Translations under genes and position numbers: made by a program
The notes under the pieces: model-generated
Seen by the model: only the letters and a program-made list of their open reading frames with translations
Databases searched by the model: none
What the model was told of the DNA's origin: nothing
Shown here: in pieces, positions 51,550 to 63,001 of the stretch
How positions within the stretch are numbered: the stretch's first letter is position 1
Layout: each line of letters starts with the position of its first letter
NCBI GenBank assembly: GCA_963780185.1
Contig: CAWABA010000007.1
Coordinates: 160,001-224,000 of the forward strand
Reading direction: 5' to 3'
Origin: Candidatus Bathyarchaeota archaeon
GTDB taxonomy: Archaea; Thermoproteota; Bathyarchaeia; Bathyarchaeales; Bathycorpusculaceae
Length of the DNA stretch: 64,000 bases

Positions 51550-51638
51550 TTTTTCCCTTGGCAGAAACCTTGAAAAAGCTTATTGGCAATAAACATAATA
51601 ACATTCTTAACATCTACCTCAACAAGGAAGGTACCAAA

Positions 51639-52099
51639 ATGCCAACAAAAGTTCTGCTCCAAACAAATATGGGTGATATAACAATAGAACTGAGAAATGA
51701 TATGCCAATAACCAGTGGCAACTTTAAGAATCTGGTTCAAAAGGGAACATTCAACAACACAATCTTCCATCGAGTCATCAAGGGATTCATGATTCAAGGT
51801 GGCGACCCAACAGGAACCGGATACGGCGACCCATCAATACCTGACATCAAAGATGAATTCACAGCCAACAACCGCAACGACAGAGGCACCATAGCTATGG
51901 CGAATGCAGGTCCAAACACAGGCAGCAGCCAATTCTTCATCAACCTAGTAAACAACAATTTCTTAGACCTCAAGCATCCGGCATTCGGCAAAGTCACATC
52001 GGGAATGGATGTCGTTGACAAAATTGCAGCTGTAAAAACAGACCAGAACGATAAACCCGACAAAACGTAACGATAATTAGCGCCTCAGTCTTACCCTAA
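51639..52099 (+). CDS. Cyclophilin-type peptidyl-prolyl isomerase (frameshift near the C-terminus)
   Basis: FHRVIKGFMIQGGDPTGTG, AMANAGPNTGSSQFFIN, HPAFGKV. Confidence 0.92.
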
Positions 52100-52179
52100 G
52101 CCCTCAACGCTTTTCTCCAAATAAGCAACAGAGAAAAAACGTCGGCGTTATTTGCGCTAAAAATAAAAAGTTGGGGAAG

Positions 52180-52387
52180 CTATTTTTTCTTCTCTTCTTT
52201 CTCTTTCGGCTTAGAACCAATCTCCACTAGTTGAATGTTAATCTGGTATCTCTTCTCGCCGACCTGCATCTTTCCAGTCGCGTGAAAGCCTTTGCTTCCA
52301 GTACTAAAGTTCTTCAGATTCAAAATAAACTGCATTTTCTCTCCGTTTAGCTGTACTAGTCGCCATATTTGGTGGTTGCTCACTCAT
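52180..52387 (-). CDS. Small hypothetical protein
   Basis: KNFSTGSKGFHATGKM..RYQINIQLVEIGSK; start region probably frameshifted. Confidence 0.6.
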
Positions 52388-52472
52388 TTTCATAGTTACC
52401 TTTGTTTTGTCTCTATTCTCACTGTGCCTTTTCACCTTTTCGCTCCCGACCGAGCGCGAAATTCGAAGGCGG

Positions 52473-52950
52473 CTATTTTCTTGCTTTCATCATCGATCGC
52501 AAATCCATCGCAATCATGAAAACAAAAGGCAGAGAAAGGAAAAGCGCTGAGAACACGCCGCTGTTGAAGACTTGAGCGTACCTGTTCGCGAGCAGGGTCT
52601 TCGGGTTTGAAAGGTCCCAGCCGAACCATTTCGCCGCGTCAAATAGCCCTGAAGCCGTCAACGTCAACACCAAGCCGATTAGGAATTGGATGAAAATCCG
52701 CCTTTGCTTGCCAAAAATTAGGTTGGAAATAACTGTGGATAAGACGAACATCCATGCGAAGGAGCAGATGAAAACGGCGAGGCCAATGTTCGAGCTCAAA
52801 GTTGAAGCCAAATATGGGATCGGCGCCATTGAGGGAGGATGCAAGGGTGGTCAGTGCGGTTTTGGTAAAGATTTGGTAGGTCAGCATCAGAACCCAAGCT
52901 GCCGCCAACAAGATTGAGGTAACCAAGATTCTCCTAGCCAACCAAACCAC
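52473..52950 (-). CDS. Multi-pass membrane protein (frameshifted)
   Basis: Overlapping ORFs 52639-52950 and 52473-52844 form a continuous hydrophobic protein. Confidence 0.65.
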
Positions 52951-53070
52951 CCATGGCTCCTAATGGCAAACCACGTTTAATAATATTTACCATACCGACT
53001 CAACAATTTTGTCCCAGCAACTGGTCGGTTTATTGAAAATTTTTTAGCTTGTGTTGCAATAGACCTAACC

Positions 53071-53301
53071 ATGAGTCAGTCACATCAAGTGCGTGTCAAA
53101 CGGAGGGGACAGGTTACGATACCATCACAGATTAGGCTAAAGTTTTGCTTAGACGAGGGGACACTTTTAGAGGTTAAAGACGTTGAGGGCTCAATTGTTA
53201 TGAAACCTATTCCTCGATTGGAACCTGGCAAAGCCGTTGGCGAAGAAGAGTATAAGCGAATTATCCATGAACTGGATCAGAGTCGGGAAAACTGGCGCTG
53301 A
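53071..53301 (+). CDS. AbrB/MazE/SpoVT-type antitoxin
   Basis: VRVKRRGQVTIPSQIR....EG..L...IVMKP; no intact toxin follows. Confidence 0.85.
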   Translation: MSQSHQVRVKRRGQVTIPSQIRLKFCLDEGTLLEVKDVEGSIVMKPIPRLEPGKAVGEEEYKRIIHELDQSRENWR

Positions 53302-53755
53302 CAAGCAATAGAATGCGCAGGGTCGCATTATGCGTACAAAATTGATTTCCCCACTCCTAAATATCTCCGCAAATTCGCCTTTGACACGATGATTAGCGAA
53401 GGGTTTAACGTTCCTGAAAGCGTTGCGGATTTTATCGAGGGATGAGTACCAAAAGAAAATCGGGGCAAAACATTACACCGTGCTACTTAAGCAGGCGGAT
53501 GGGTTCTATCCGAAATATGCCGATTATCTTTTTAAACTTAGAAGTGGGCTTTCGTAGGAAATAGGCTTGTAAGTTGCCAGGTCAACTTAACCAAATGTTC
53601 TGTAGGGGCATTTTGGGCATTTTAGAATTTTCGTGTATGTGATTAAACGGGCATCAGCAGAACCCGAATTATTATTTTGCCCCGTGGATATAATGATGTT
53701 TTCCTCAACAAGCGTTGAATCGCAATCTGGGCATGTTGCCAACTAAATCTCCTCC

Positions 53756-54571
53756 TTATTTATTAACAGCTATTTTGTTGGTGGTTAAAAAATCTTCATA
53801 TTGCTGAATGAGGTAAACGTGAATGTTGTTAATGATTTTCTCGGTCTCTGCGATGTCGTTTTGAAGCTTTCCAGATGCTTCATAAACCTCTTTAATGTCT
53901 TGTTTTAACCAAACAACTTGCTTATTTTGTCTGGGAATGAGAAATTCCCCGTTTTGGTAAGATGAGGCTGACCTTGAAAAATGGACAATGCTGTCTCTGA
54001 GAGCGGTGATGTTAAGGTCAATCTTAGCCTTCCCATCGTTTATTGCCTTTTGGCCTTTCGCTTCAAGGAGTTGTGCGAGCGTTTTTTGTACGCTCGGCTC
54101 AACACGCTCTCTACCTCTCTTGTTTGTGACTTTCCGAGCTTCCCCTCTGAGAATAAAAACTATTCCCCATACATGATACATTTGATAAAAGACGGAGCCA
54201 AGATGGAGATAGCTTGTCTCAAAAGCCTCCCAATGTTTGAACTTTTTTGTGCTGGAGTCAGTGAGCTTTAGTGTTTCTCTTAAAACCTCTTGTTGGAAAT
54301 GAGCCCCTGCTAAATGGCAAAACAGCGAATAATGAGCCATGCAAAGCTCTTCGTAGTTCTGATTAATTTGTGCAATATTCGTTCCTTTCGGAGATTTTGT
54401 AAAATCTAAACCATACGGAACGGGAATGTCCTTCCTTGGGTCGCCAATAAACTTAACCCAAAATTCACCGTAATTGGGAAAATTTTTCGCTATTTCCTCT
54501 CCATAAAGTTGTTCCACCAAATCCTTTGTACCTTTAGTGAAATCACTCACTCTTAGCATCTCCCAGAACAA
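53756..54571 (-). CDS. Putative HEPN-domain RNase
   Basis: Helical protein with ETSYLHLGS and ALRDSIVH (Rx4H); AT-rich. Confidence 0.5.
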   Translation of the reverse strand: MFWEMLRVSDFTKGTKDLVEQLYGEEIAKNFPNYGEFWVKFIGDPRKDIPVPYGLDFTKSPKGTNIAQINQNYEELCMAHYSLFCHLAGAHFQQEVLRETLKLTDSSTKKFKHWEAFETSYLHLGSVFYQMYHVWGIVFILRGEARKVTNKRGRERVEPSVQKTLAQLLEAKGQKAINDGKAKIDLNITALRDSIVHFSRSASSYQNGEFLIPRQNKQVVWLKQDIKEVYEASGKLQNDIAETEKIINNIHVYLIQQYEDFLTTNKIAVNK

Positions 54572-54745
54572 GTCTCGTATTAGCTTATCAAAGTAATAAA
54601 ATTTCTCACAGCGGCTTATGGCTGGAGGGAGGAGGCCCTATTGTTTCCCTGTGATACCTTTTTTTACACATTGGTGTCAAAAAAGTTTATCTGCTGGATG
54701 GCTAACAATATCTTATTATATCCATTGGATATGGGATAGATTACA

Positions 54746-54985
54746 ATGTCTGAAAAAGTCCTTGTGACATTACGCCAAGAACACCTCAAAGCTATTGACG
54801 AACTCGTAAGCCACGGCGCAGCATCAAGCAGAAGCGAAATGGTTGACAAGATAGTTGGCGGATTCTTAGCAGATTTGAAGGCGGGAAAACAGAACAACGA
54901 CACAGCGCTCGGAAACTTAGCAGGCTTCCTGTTACTCTTACTTGGCATCGCGGCAATCGCGAAAATCTTAGGCGACGATAGTTAG
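54746..54985 (+). CDS. RHH/CopG-type DNA-binding protein with C-terminal TM
   Basis: KVLVTL..EHLKAIDELV..G...SRSEMV; hydrophobic tail. Confidence 0.7.
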   Translation: MSEKVLVTLRQEHLKAIDELVSHGAASSRSEMVDKIVGGFLADLKAGKQNNDTALGNLAGFLLLLLGIAAIAKILGDDS

Positions 54986-54999
54986 GGAGGTGAAAAAGA

Positions 55000-55356
55000 A
55001 TGGATGCAAAAGGTCACGCAATTTCGGGGGGCGTATTAGCAAGTGCTTTCTACTTGCTTTACAAATTGTCGAAAGACCAGCCGATAAACTTCTGGGAAGT
55101 CCTAGCGGTAGGATTAAGCGGAGCGGTAGTTGCGTTAGTTCCCGACATGCTTGAGCCTGCCACTAATCCTAATCATAGGAGCCTATTCCACAGCGGTGCA
55201 ACGTTGGGTTTGATTTCCTATGGTGGCAACAAAATATTGCAGAACACGCAACTCACAGAAAATCAGAAAGCTTGGCTGCTCTCCCTCGGCGTTGCATATG
55301 GAAGTCACCTTGCACTCGATGGAACGACGCCAAAAAGCATACCTCTGCTGATTTAG
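55000..55356 (+). CDS. Membrane metal-dependent hydrolase (YdjM-like)
   Basis: GH, VPDMLEP, HRSLFHS, SHLALD, SIPL; upstream GGAGGTGA ribosome-binding site. Confidence 0.8.
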   Translation: MDAKGHAISGGVLASAFYLLYKLSKDQPINFWEVLAVGLSGAVVALVPDMLEPATNPNHRSLFHSGATLGLISYGGNKILQNTQLTENQKAWLLSLGVAYGSHLALDGTTPKSIPLLI

Positions 55357-55550
55357 TGAAGGAACGGAAAGCACATACAATTGGCAGAAATGGCGAGTCT
55401 TAAGAGCGGATTTTGCTGCTCATTCTCTTTTCTTCTTTCCGAGTTAGTTGACGTTATTTCCAAAAACTCTGGATTTAAGGCCACGAGAATTGTCACAGAC
55501 GCACAATCAGAGCTTAAAATGGGTTGCATTTCCCGAGTGGGAAGAGGTGG

Positions 55551-55629
55551 TGGTGCGGTCGCCGGGATTTGAACCCGGGATCATTAGCTTGGAAGGCTAA
55601 TGTCCTAAACCAGACTAGACAACGGCCGC
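55551..55629 (-). tRNA. tRNA-Gly(TCC), CCA encoded
   Basis: GCGGCCGTTGTCTAGTCTGGTTTAGGACATTAGCCTTCCAAGCTAATGATCCCGGGTTCAAATCCCGGCGACCGCACCA. Confidence 0.95.
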
Positions 55630-56278
55630 CCTCAATATTGCTTGTATTTCCATTATCTATGCTTGATTTAAGGATATTGCCAATATCTTTTGTTAGGTTT
55701 TGAAACACTACGCCTAAAGATAGCACCATTTTTTTTCGAATTTCTGAGTTTAATAATTGAGAATGCCCCGTGGTATGCTTGTTGTTGCTGTGGAGTCACA
55801 TTCACACCCTTTCTTATAGTCAATCAACCGATAACTCTAGGTTAGGTTTTTGATATGCAGAAACTTTTACCACAGCTTCAATGCCCAATTTGCGATAAAG
55901 CATGTAATAATCCAGAGCAACTAAGAGCACACAGGATAGACTCCCACAAAGGCATCTACAAAGCATGCTACCTTAAAAGCAAAGTAGAATTTGTGCCACA
56001 GTGGCAATAATTAAGAGGACACCTAAAAGCTAAGAAAATCAAACCCAAACAATCCAGAAGAAGATTAGGATAGCAAAGTTTCTATTTTGTTGTTGCCTTC
56101 TAAAACTCTACACTCAAATTCACAAACTGAAAAAGTTCCAGATTTTTCCCACCCGCTTTTCTGTTATTTGCAACAATGTAGCCAAAAAGGCAGCGTGTTC
56201 CCGTTGGAAAATCTTGGCGTTAGATGGAAGAGTATATCTTTGTGGGTTTACGGTTAATATGTTGGATTGGTTGGAAAG

Positions 56279-56639
56279 ATGGGTTCAGCGAAAGGTACAC
56301 ATAAGGTTCCCGGCAGCCGAATGAAGATTTTGACGAAAGACGCAAAACAAATGGTTAACGGACCCTATTACTGCCCCAAATGCAGAAAGGAACTGTTGCA
56401 GATTTTGGCGAACGTATACAAAAAAGAAGGTTTATGCTTGCTGCAAATGCGGGTTGGAGTGGCCGCTGGTTTACGCGCCTGTTTTTCAGCCGATAGACTA
56501 CTACAACAAGTTCAGGGACGCCTGGAAAAAGCAGAGCTACGGCATAATCAAACAAAATAGCTTGTCGCCGCGCCAAACAAGCCTCCTTTGGCCGTGCGAA
56601 AGACGGGTTTGCCGAAAAAACAGGGTAGCTAATAAGTGA
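56279..56639 (+). CDS. Elf1-like zinc-ribbon protein (frameshifted)
   Basis: Joined frames give YYCPKCRKELL...KKEVYACCKCGLEWPLVYAPVFQPIDYYNKFRD. Confidence 0.55.
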
Positions 56640-57142
56640 GATGCGCCGTAGATTATTTTGGGGCAGCCCGCTTGAGCGAAGAAAAAATCGGGTTCACTCG
56701 TCGATTTATCGTTCTGGGGAATCTTGCGCTTGTCGCGTGGGTTTTCTTAGCGTTCTTCAGCGTGCTCTTCTACACCATAATCTACAGTTGGCTATACCTG
56801 ATATTGGAAGCCGTCGTAATCTACGTTATTCTCCGCAGGCTCGGATGCAGCAGCTGTTACAAATGCAAAGCTTGCACCAGCGGTTTTGGAAGGTTGGCGG
56901 GGGCGTTTTTCGGGCGGGGGTTTGTTAAGAAAGAAAGCGTTGGAAACCGAATTGGGCTTAGTGGGTTTCGTTTATTTTCTGTTGCTTCCGCTTCCAGCGG
57001 CTATTTTGGTTTTGTCGATGTTGCAAGCCTTCACTTTTCTGAAGGTTTTGGTTCTCCTTTGCCTGTTGGTCGTCGGCATCTACAGCTTGGCGACTTGGAA
57101 TACGCGTTCGACAGTTCGCGGCTGAAAGGCATTTGGGAATAG
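56636..57142 (+). CDS. Membrane protein with CxxCxxC motif (frameshifted)
   Basis: TM segments, LGCSSCYKCKACTSGFGRLA; C-terminal TMs continue in ORF 56886-57125. Confidence 0.6.
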   Translation: MRCAVDYFGAARLSEEKIGFTRRFIVLGNLALVAWVFLAFFSVLFYTIIYSWLYLILEAVVIYVILRRLGCSSCYKCKACTSGFGRLAGAFFGRGFVKKESVGNRIGLSGFRLFSVASASSGYFGFVDVASLHFSEGFGSPLPVGRRHLQLGDLEYAFDSSRLKGIWE

Positions 57143-57188
57143 TTTTAAAAATACATTGATGGTTCATGTAACGGATGTTGATGAATGA

Positions 57189-58343
57189 ATGAGTAGGTCC
57201 ACTGCTTCACGGCAAGCCGCTTAGCCTTTTCGTAATCTGTTACTGTTGCGTTTCTTGCTTGTTACCCACTCATCCAGCCTTTTGTGGTGGTTAACGCTCA
57301 ATCTTCGAGTCAACCCCAAAATTATGATCGGCAGTTCAGTTGGAACTACGGCGGCGAAACTTGGACTTGGAACCTAACCATCCCTGCGGCGTTGTTTCAA
57401 GCATACGTTGCGGTTCCAGAATCGGTGCGGACGCAGATTCCGCTTTCAGCGGCTTCGGGTACTTTGTCACCACGCGAAGATCCATACTTGCAAAGCTTAG
57501 CGGCGAAGCTTAACGAGAGCGTTGCACAGGAAGGGTACAGTTCGCTTCAGGCAGTAAACTTTGTCTTGGCTTTCGTGCAGAGCATCCCGTACGCGACTGA
57601 TATGAACAGCACAGGTTACCAAAATTACCCAAGATTCCCCGTGGAAACCTTAATCGACAACGTCGGCGACTGCAAGAGCCACTCTATTCTTTTTGCAACG
57701 TTAACCTTGATGATGGGTTTCGATGCAGTGTTCATTAATCCTCCAGACCATTTGGCAGTCGGGGTGCTGGGCGATAACCTTGGAGGCACATCGTGGACGT
57801 ACAACGGCCAAAGCTACTATTACTGCGAAACAACAGGTGAAGGATTCACGGTAGGTCAATTGCCGGACCAGTTTAACGGCGTAGCCGCCTACGTCTACGC
57901 AATCGACACAAGTGAACAGTACGTTGTGAATTATCAGTCTTTGTCGCTTGCTGCGCCTAACCCATCCTATGCGCCTTACAACCCTAACTCGCCGCAAACC
58001 ACGCCTAACGTTGGACCAGACCAGACCATGGAGCCTTTGCCCGTCGGTCGCTGGACCAACAATCCATCCTGTTGAACCCATCTCGCTAAACTTGATTTCA
58101 GACAACCCCATACTATTCGTTTTAATCATAGCGGCAATCGGAATCTCCATAGCCGTCGTCGTTAGACCAGTAAGAATCGGGGCGAAAACCGCTCCTCTGC
58201 AAATGGTTTTTCCAGAGCCACCCAGCCCGAAGACGGAGCAGGCAGATTTAAGCAAAGCCAAATTCTGCATTTACTGCGGCTCAAGCAACAAGTCGGTTGC
58301 GGTGTACTGCGCGAACTGCGGCAAAAAAATAGCTGAAGCCTAA
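57189..58343 (+). CDS. Transglutaminase-like secreted protein with C-terminal TM and double zinc ribbon (frameshifted)
   Basis: FVQSIPY, YPRFPVETL..GDCKSHS, DHLAVG, YYYCETT; tail FCIYCG...YCANCGKK. Confidence 0.8.
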
Positions 58344-58921
58344 AAGCGTTTACTGCTTTTGTGCCTTAGCGGTTGCTTCCTTGTTTGTGAGGGCGTTGAA
58401 GGTTTCCTGCATGAACCTGTCGATTCCTCTTGTAGGCGTAGACGGCGACTGCCGCTTCCAAAGCTATGATGACTGAGAGGAAAACCGCAAGAGCTTTCAT
58501 CAGGTTGACGAAGCTTTGAGCAACTGAAACATCTACGTTGCCGTTGACGGAGGCTAGCCAACTCCAAAAAGTGCTTTGCCCGTGTCATAAAAGCGGTTAA
58601 GTCAAGAGCCATCCAAAGACACAAACCAACCAAAACAGCCGCCAAAGCGCAGCCGACGATGGTGATGTTTTTCCAGTCCGAGCTGAGGCGAGAAGAGACA
58701 GGTGACTTGGGTTCCAGAATCCGCGGGTGTAAAAACGATGTCCACGGTTTTTTTGGCTGAGGTGGGCGACATTCCCCAAAGCGAGCCTTGCTTAACAAGG
58801 AGGTGTTTGGGGGCGTTTCAGAAATTATTTTGCAGCCTTTCTGAACAAGGGAGGCTTTCAGTTCTGCGTAGGCTTTGTCGATTTCTAAGTTGAGGGTTCG
58901 TTTAAGCAACCAGTGCACCAT
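58340..58921 (-). CDS. Hypothetical membrane protein (multiple frameshifts)
   Basis: SRLSSDWKNITIVGCALAAVLVGLCLW plus fragments in other frames. Confidence 0.5.
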   Translation of the reverse strand: MVHWLLKRTLNLEIDKAYAELKASLVQKGCKIISETPPNTSLLSKARFGECRPPQPKKPWTSFLHPRILEPKSPVSSRLSSDWKNITIVGCALAAVLVGLCLWMALDLTAFMTRAKHFLELASLRQRQRRCFSCSKLRQPDESSCGFPLSHHSFGSGSRRLRLQEESTGSCRKPSTPSQTRKQPLRHKSSKRF

Positions 58922-58965
58922 TCGGTTTGGTGATTAGTTGTTTGTTTGAAACCTAAAAAGCTTGT

Positions 58966-59586
58966 CTAACGTCGGGGTCTGCCTTTGAGCCCTCTAATTT
59001 GCTTGGGCTCGTTTCTCTGTCTCTCCATGTTTTTGATTCTGGCGTAGAGCTTTGACACTTTGGTTTTAGACGGCACCTTTGACCTTGGAATGTGAACGGG
59101 CACGGGCGTGAACGGCTTGTTTATTTCAAGCTTTTCGCTGTCTGGTTTTCTTGAACGGGACATTGAGCTACTTTTTTGAATACGGCGTAGCCTTCTTTGA
59201 AGTTTACTTCCTGCACTTCCCAACCCGCCTCCAGCCAAGCCTTAGCGTGAATCGCTAGACGACGTGTTGCTCCACCATGCCTTTTCCCTGTAGGCGCTCA
59301 TCGGAAGGTTGCTGCCGATTAAGCCGTCGATTCGTGCGAAAGGCAGTTTCACGACGTTTGTGAAGGCGTCTCTGAATTTTAGGTGCCGTTCAAGCCCCTC
59401 GTATTTTGAGGCTGTCCTCGGCGAGACAATTCGTCTGGCGCAGTGAAGGCAAAGCATCGCCATCGGGTCGCCTGTTGCGACGTCGGGCACCATGCAGTCG
59501 CGGCAATACAGTTTCTGGCAGCGTTGACACTTACGCATGTACGACACTCTTAGAACTCTGCCGCAGATTCCGCATTCATCCTTCAC
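58966..59586 (-). CDS. Zinc-finger protein with SKY..L / WWSN DNA-binding-type domain (frameshifted)
   Basis: CGIC...CQRC..YC..C...CLHC; SKYEGL..HL...LPF..ID.LIG..LP.SA...AWWSN; basic tail in ORF 58966-59238. Confidence 0.65.
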
Positions 59587-59649
59587 GACGAATCAAACCT
59601 TGCATGGCGAAGGAAAAATCGCTAAAGAACATTTGTTTTCTTCGGCATA

Positions 59650-61239
59650 TTAATTTTGAGTTGGCTGCACGGTGTTTTCGCTTGAGGAAACCTTTCCGCT
59701 GCCTCTTTTGGTAACCAATTGCCGTAGGTTGCGAACGGTGCCTTTGACTTCATCCAACACTTGCCTTATGAGTTCTCTCGCTTGCTTGTCAATAGCCAAC
59801 AAAAAGACAACGTACATGGCAAAGCCTGCAATCGCTTTAGCAATCGTGGAAAGCAGCGTTGTCGTGGTCGGAAGCAGATACAGGATGAATGCGGCTAAGG
59901 CGGCGGCTAAAACGTATTTGCCCATGCTTTTCCATGCGACGGGTATGCCGATTGAATGACGCATGTACGTGTACAATACGGTGAAGGTTGAAAGTTGAGC
60001 CGCTATGAGTATTACCACAACGTATAGTGTTGCTTGGACTGAACCAGCCACTGGCAGCAATGTTAAGGCGAGATATGTGAGCGGGATTGCGATTGCTGCA
60101 TTAAGGTAGGGAAGTGCGAAAACGACGAAGATTTTGCTTTTGATTAGTCGTCGCAGCGCGATTTTGCCTTCAGCGTCGAATACCTCTACACCCATGACGC
60201 AGTTGGAGTAAAACGAGGTGACTAAACCGAATAAGGTGTAAATTGAGAGCGCAACGAGAACTGGCCATGCAACCCCGTAAGTAACGTTTAGAACAGTCAG
60301 GAACGAGTAGGACATGGCGATTGTTATTGCAGCTATAGGGATGCCGAGCATCATCACTGTCCTGAAAGATGTGCCAACTTGCTCTTTGGAGCAGCTTTTA
60401 GACAGCAACCTTGGGTACAACGCAATGGACAGGGATATTGAGTAGCCAATTATGGCGGTGAAGCTTCCCGCGGCTTGATAGTAAGCTCTGGTGTTGGGTC
60501 CACCGTAGAAGAAAAGCAGGATGTACACGAAGGATGAAAGCTGGTTGCCGACGGCGTTGAAGGCAATCACTGTGGAGCCTTTGAACCATTCTTTAAGGTA
60601 GCTCCAATTTGTTTTTTCCTTAAAGTATCCACGCAGAAGCCAAACGTAGTAGCCTACCTGAGCAAACAGGAGAGAACCAACGCCAAAATTGCGCCAAGAA
60701 ACAACTGGTGGAAACCCAAAATCAAAACCAAAGCAACGCCTACTTTGACTATTTCCTCGATAAGTAAGCCGTAGCCGAGGGCTTGGGGTTTTTTGGGCTG
60801 CAGTAAGCCTTCGCAGGCGATTATCAAGTAGAAAGTGACGATGTAGAGTCCCGCAATCAGAAAGATCGGAAATAGGTAGCGAGTTCGCATTGTTCCGATA
60901 TTATCGGTGCGATAGCATCCTTGTAGATTAGCATAGATTATGGGGAAGTAGACACCCATGAAGATGAGGGATGCGATTAACTGGGCGATGACGCCTGTTT
61001 TGATTGCTCCTGTTTTGCCTCTCGCCACGAACCGTTCTGCCCAGAACGGGAAAACGCCGCTGAAAAGCGTGAAGTAGGCGACGTAATCGAAAATGTTGGT
61101 CCAGACGCCGTATTGGTCTAGTGTTCATGTTTCTGGTAAGCAGAAGAGTGAAGATGAGTCCAGTGATTACGCTGAAAATCTGAACCGCGAAGATAACGTA
61201 TCCGCTGTATTGGAACCTGATGTCTTTAGTTTCAGTCAA
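59650..61239 (-). CDS. Polysaccharide flippase/MOP-family transporter (three frameshifted pieces)
   Basis: IRFQYSG..IF...LLLTR, many TM segments, AYYQAA, LYPRLL. Confidence 0.75.
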
Positions 61240-61370
61240 ATGCCCGTTTTCCTGCTTTCCCGAATTAGTTTATACTGAATTATTAGAACATCTAGTTATA
61301 TAATTCCCCAAAGTTCTTCCAAGAAAACCCCAAAAAATGAAGAAAAAGAAAAAATTTCGCAGGTTAAAGC

Positions 61371-62852
61371 TTACCCTTTAACCACTGCGATCGGAACAAG
61401 CCTGGCAACCTTCGTTGCTATCCCAACTTTGTCGCTGACGTCGGCTACGATGTCCACGTTTTTGTAGGCTGGGTCGGCTTCTTCAGCTAAAACCGAAGTG
61501 CTTGCCGCGCGAACCACGATTCCACGCTTCTCCAAACCCGATTTTATGTCTCCGCCCCAAAACTGCCGCTTCGCTGATGACCGACTCATCATTCTTCCTG
61601 CGCCATGCGCGGTTGACCCGAAAGTTAAATCCATGGCTTTCTGCGAACCCACCAGAACCCAGCTGCTTGTGCCCATGCTGCCTGGGATAAGAACTGGTTG
61701 CCCTTCGCTGCGGTAGTCAGCTGGAACGTCTGGGTGCCCAGCTGGGAAGGCGCGTGTGGCTCCTTTGCGGTGAACCCAAACTTTCTTTTGGGCGCCGTCA
61801 ATGTTGTGCGTCTCAACCTTCGCAATGTTATGCGCAACGTCATAGACAAGTTTTAACCCGAATTTTTCTGCTGGCTCATGGAAAACCTGCTGGAAGCTTT
61901 GGCGGACCCAATGCATGATTGCGTGGCGGTTGCAGAAGGCGTAGTTGACGGCGCATGCCATGGCTTGCACGTAGTCTTGGGCTTCGTTGCTGTTTCCGGG
62001 GGCGCAGGCTAATTCGCGGTCGGGCAAGGCAGATTTTGTATTTTGCCACTGCATGCTCCATTACTCGCAGGTAGTCGCTGCAGACTTGGTGCCCGTACCC
62101 TCTTGACCCGCAGTGAATCATAACTGTAACTTGCCCTTCCTGCGTGATTCCGAAAGCCTTCGCCGTTTTCGGGTTGAGGATTTTGTCTACTTTCTGGATT
62201 TCCAAGAAGTGGTTGCCTGAACCCAAGGTGCCGATCTGCGTTAAACCTCGGCTCTTCGCGGTTTGGGAAACTTTATCGGGGTTAGCGTTTGGCATGCGTC
62301 CGCTTTCTTCACAGTGGTCTGCGTCTTCAGCCCAGCCGAAGCCTCGTTTGATAAGCCACTGCACACCTTCAACCGCCAAGTGGTCCAAGTTCGCTGCTGG
62401 ATATTGAAAGGTCTTTTCGGCGGCTTCCAAGCCCAGACGGAACATTGCGGAAAATAGCTTCAGCCAGAGGCGCAAGTTTCGGTCGAATCTCCTGCTTCCG
62501 TCAACGTTGTCGCCAGGAGGCGTACGCCGCAGTTTATGTCGTAGCCGACGCCGCCGGGGCTGATGACGCCGTCGTCGTAGTCGGTTGCTGCGACTCCGCC
62601 GATTGGGAAACCGTAGCCTTCATGCCCGTCAGGCAACGTTATTGCATGCTTGTAGATTCCAGGCAGTTGAGTCACGTTTGAGCATTGCCAAAGCGTCCGG
62701 TCAGTCTTCATTTTCTCTAAAAGTGCTTCGTTAGCAAAAACGATGCCGGGAACACGCATCCCAGCCTTGTATTTTGGAATACGCCAAGAATAATCATTTA
62801 TTTTTTCCAGCGGAACTTGCTCTGGCGTCCTTCTGCTTTCACTTTCTCCCAA
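61371..62852 (-). CDS. rtcB: RNA-splicing ligase RtcB (three frameshifted pieces)
   Basis: [80 protein letters not shown]. Confidence 0.93.
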
Positions 62853-63001
62853 AACCTTTCACCAGACTCAAAAAGGGCGTTGCTGAAATAAAACAGTTGT
62901 GACTCAAAGCCATCCATCGCAGGCAAAAAGGTATAGGTTTTCTTTTACAAAATTCATTCGCCGAAGTTTTCAGGCGACCGCCTACCCGAATTCAAGCCAT
63001 C

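Noticed and set aside
53290-53750. VapC/PIN toxin expected after the AbrB antitoxin
   Set aside because: No open frame with PIN acidic motifs could be read
61371-62852. Intein, intron or programmed frameshifting in rtcB
   Set aside because: Total length fits an uninterrupted RtcB, and the breaks match the regional indel-error pattern
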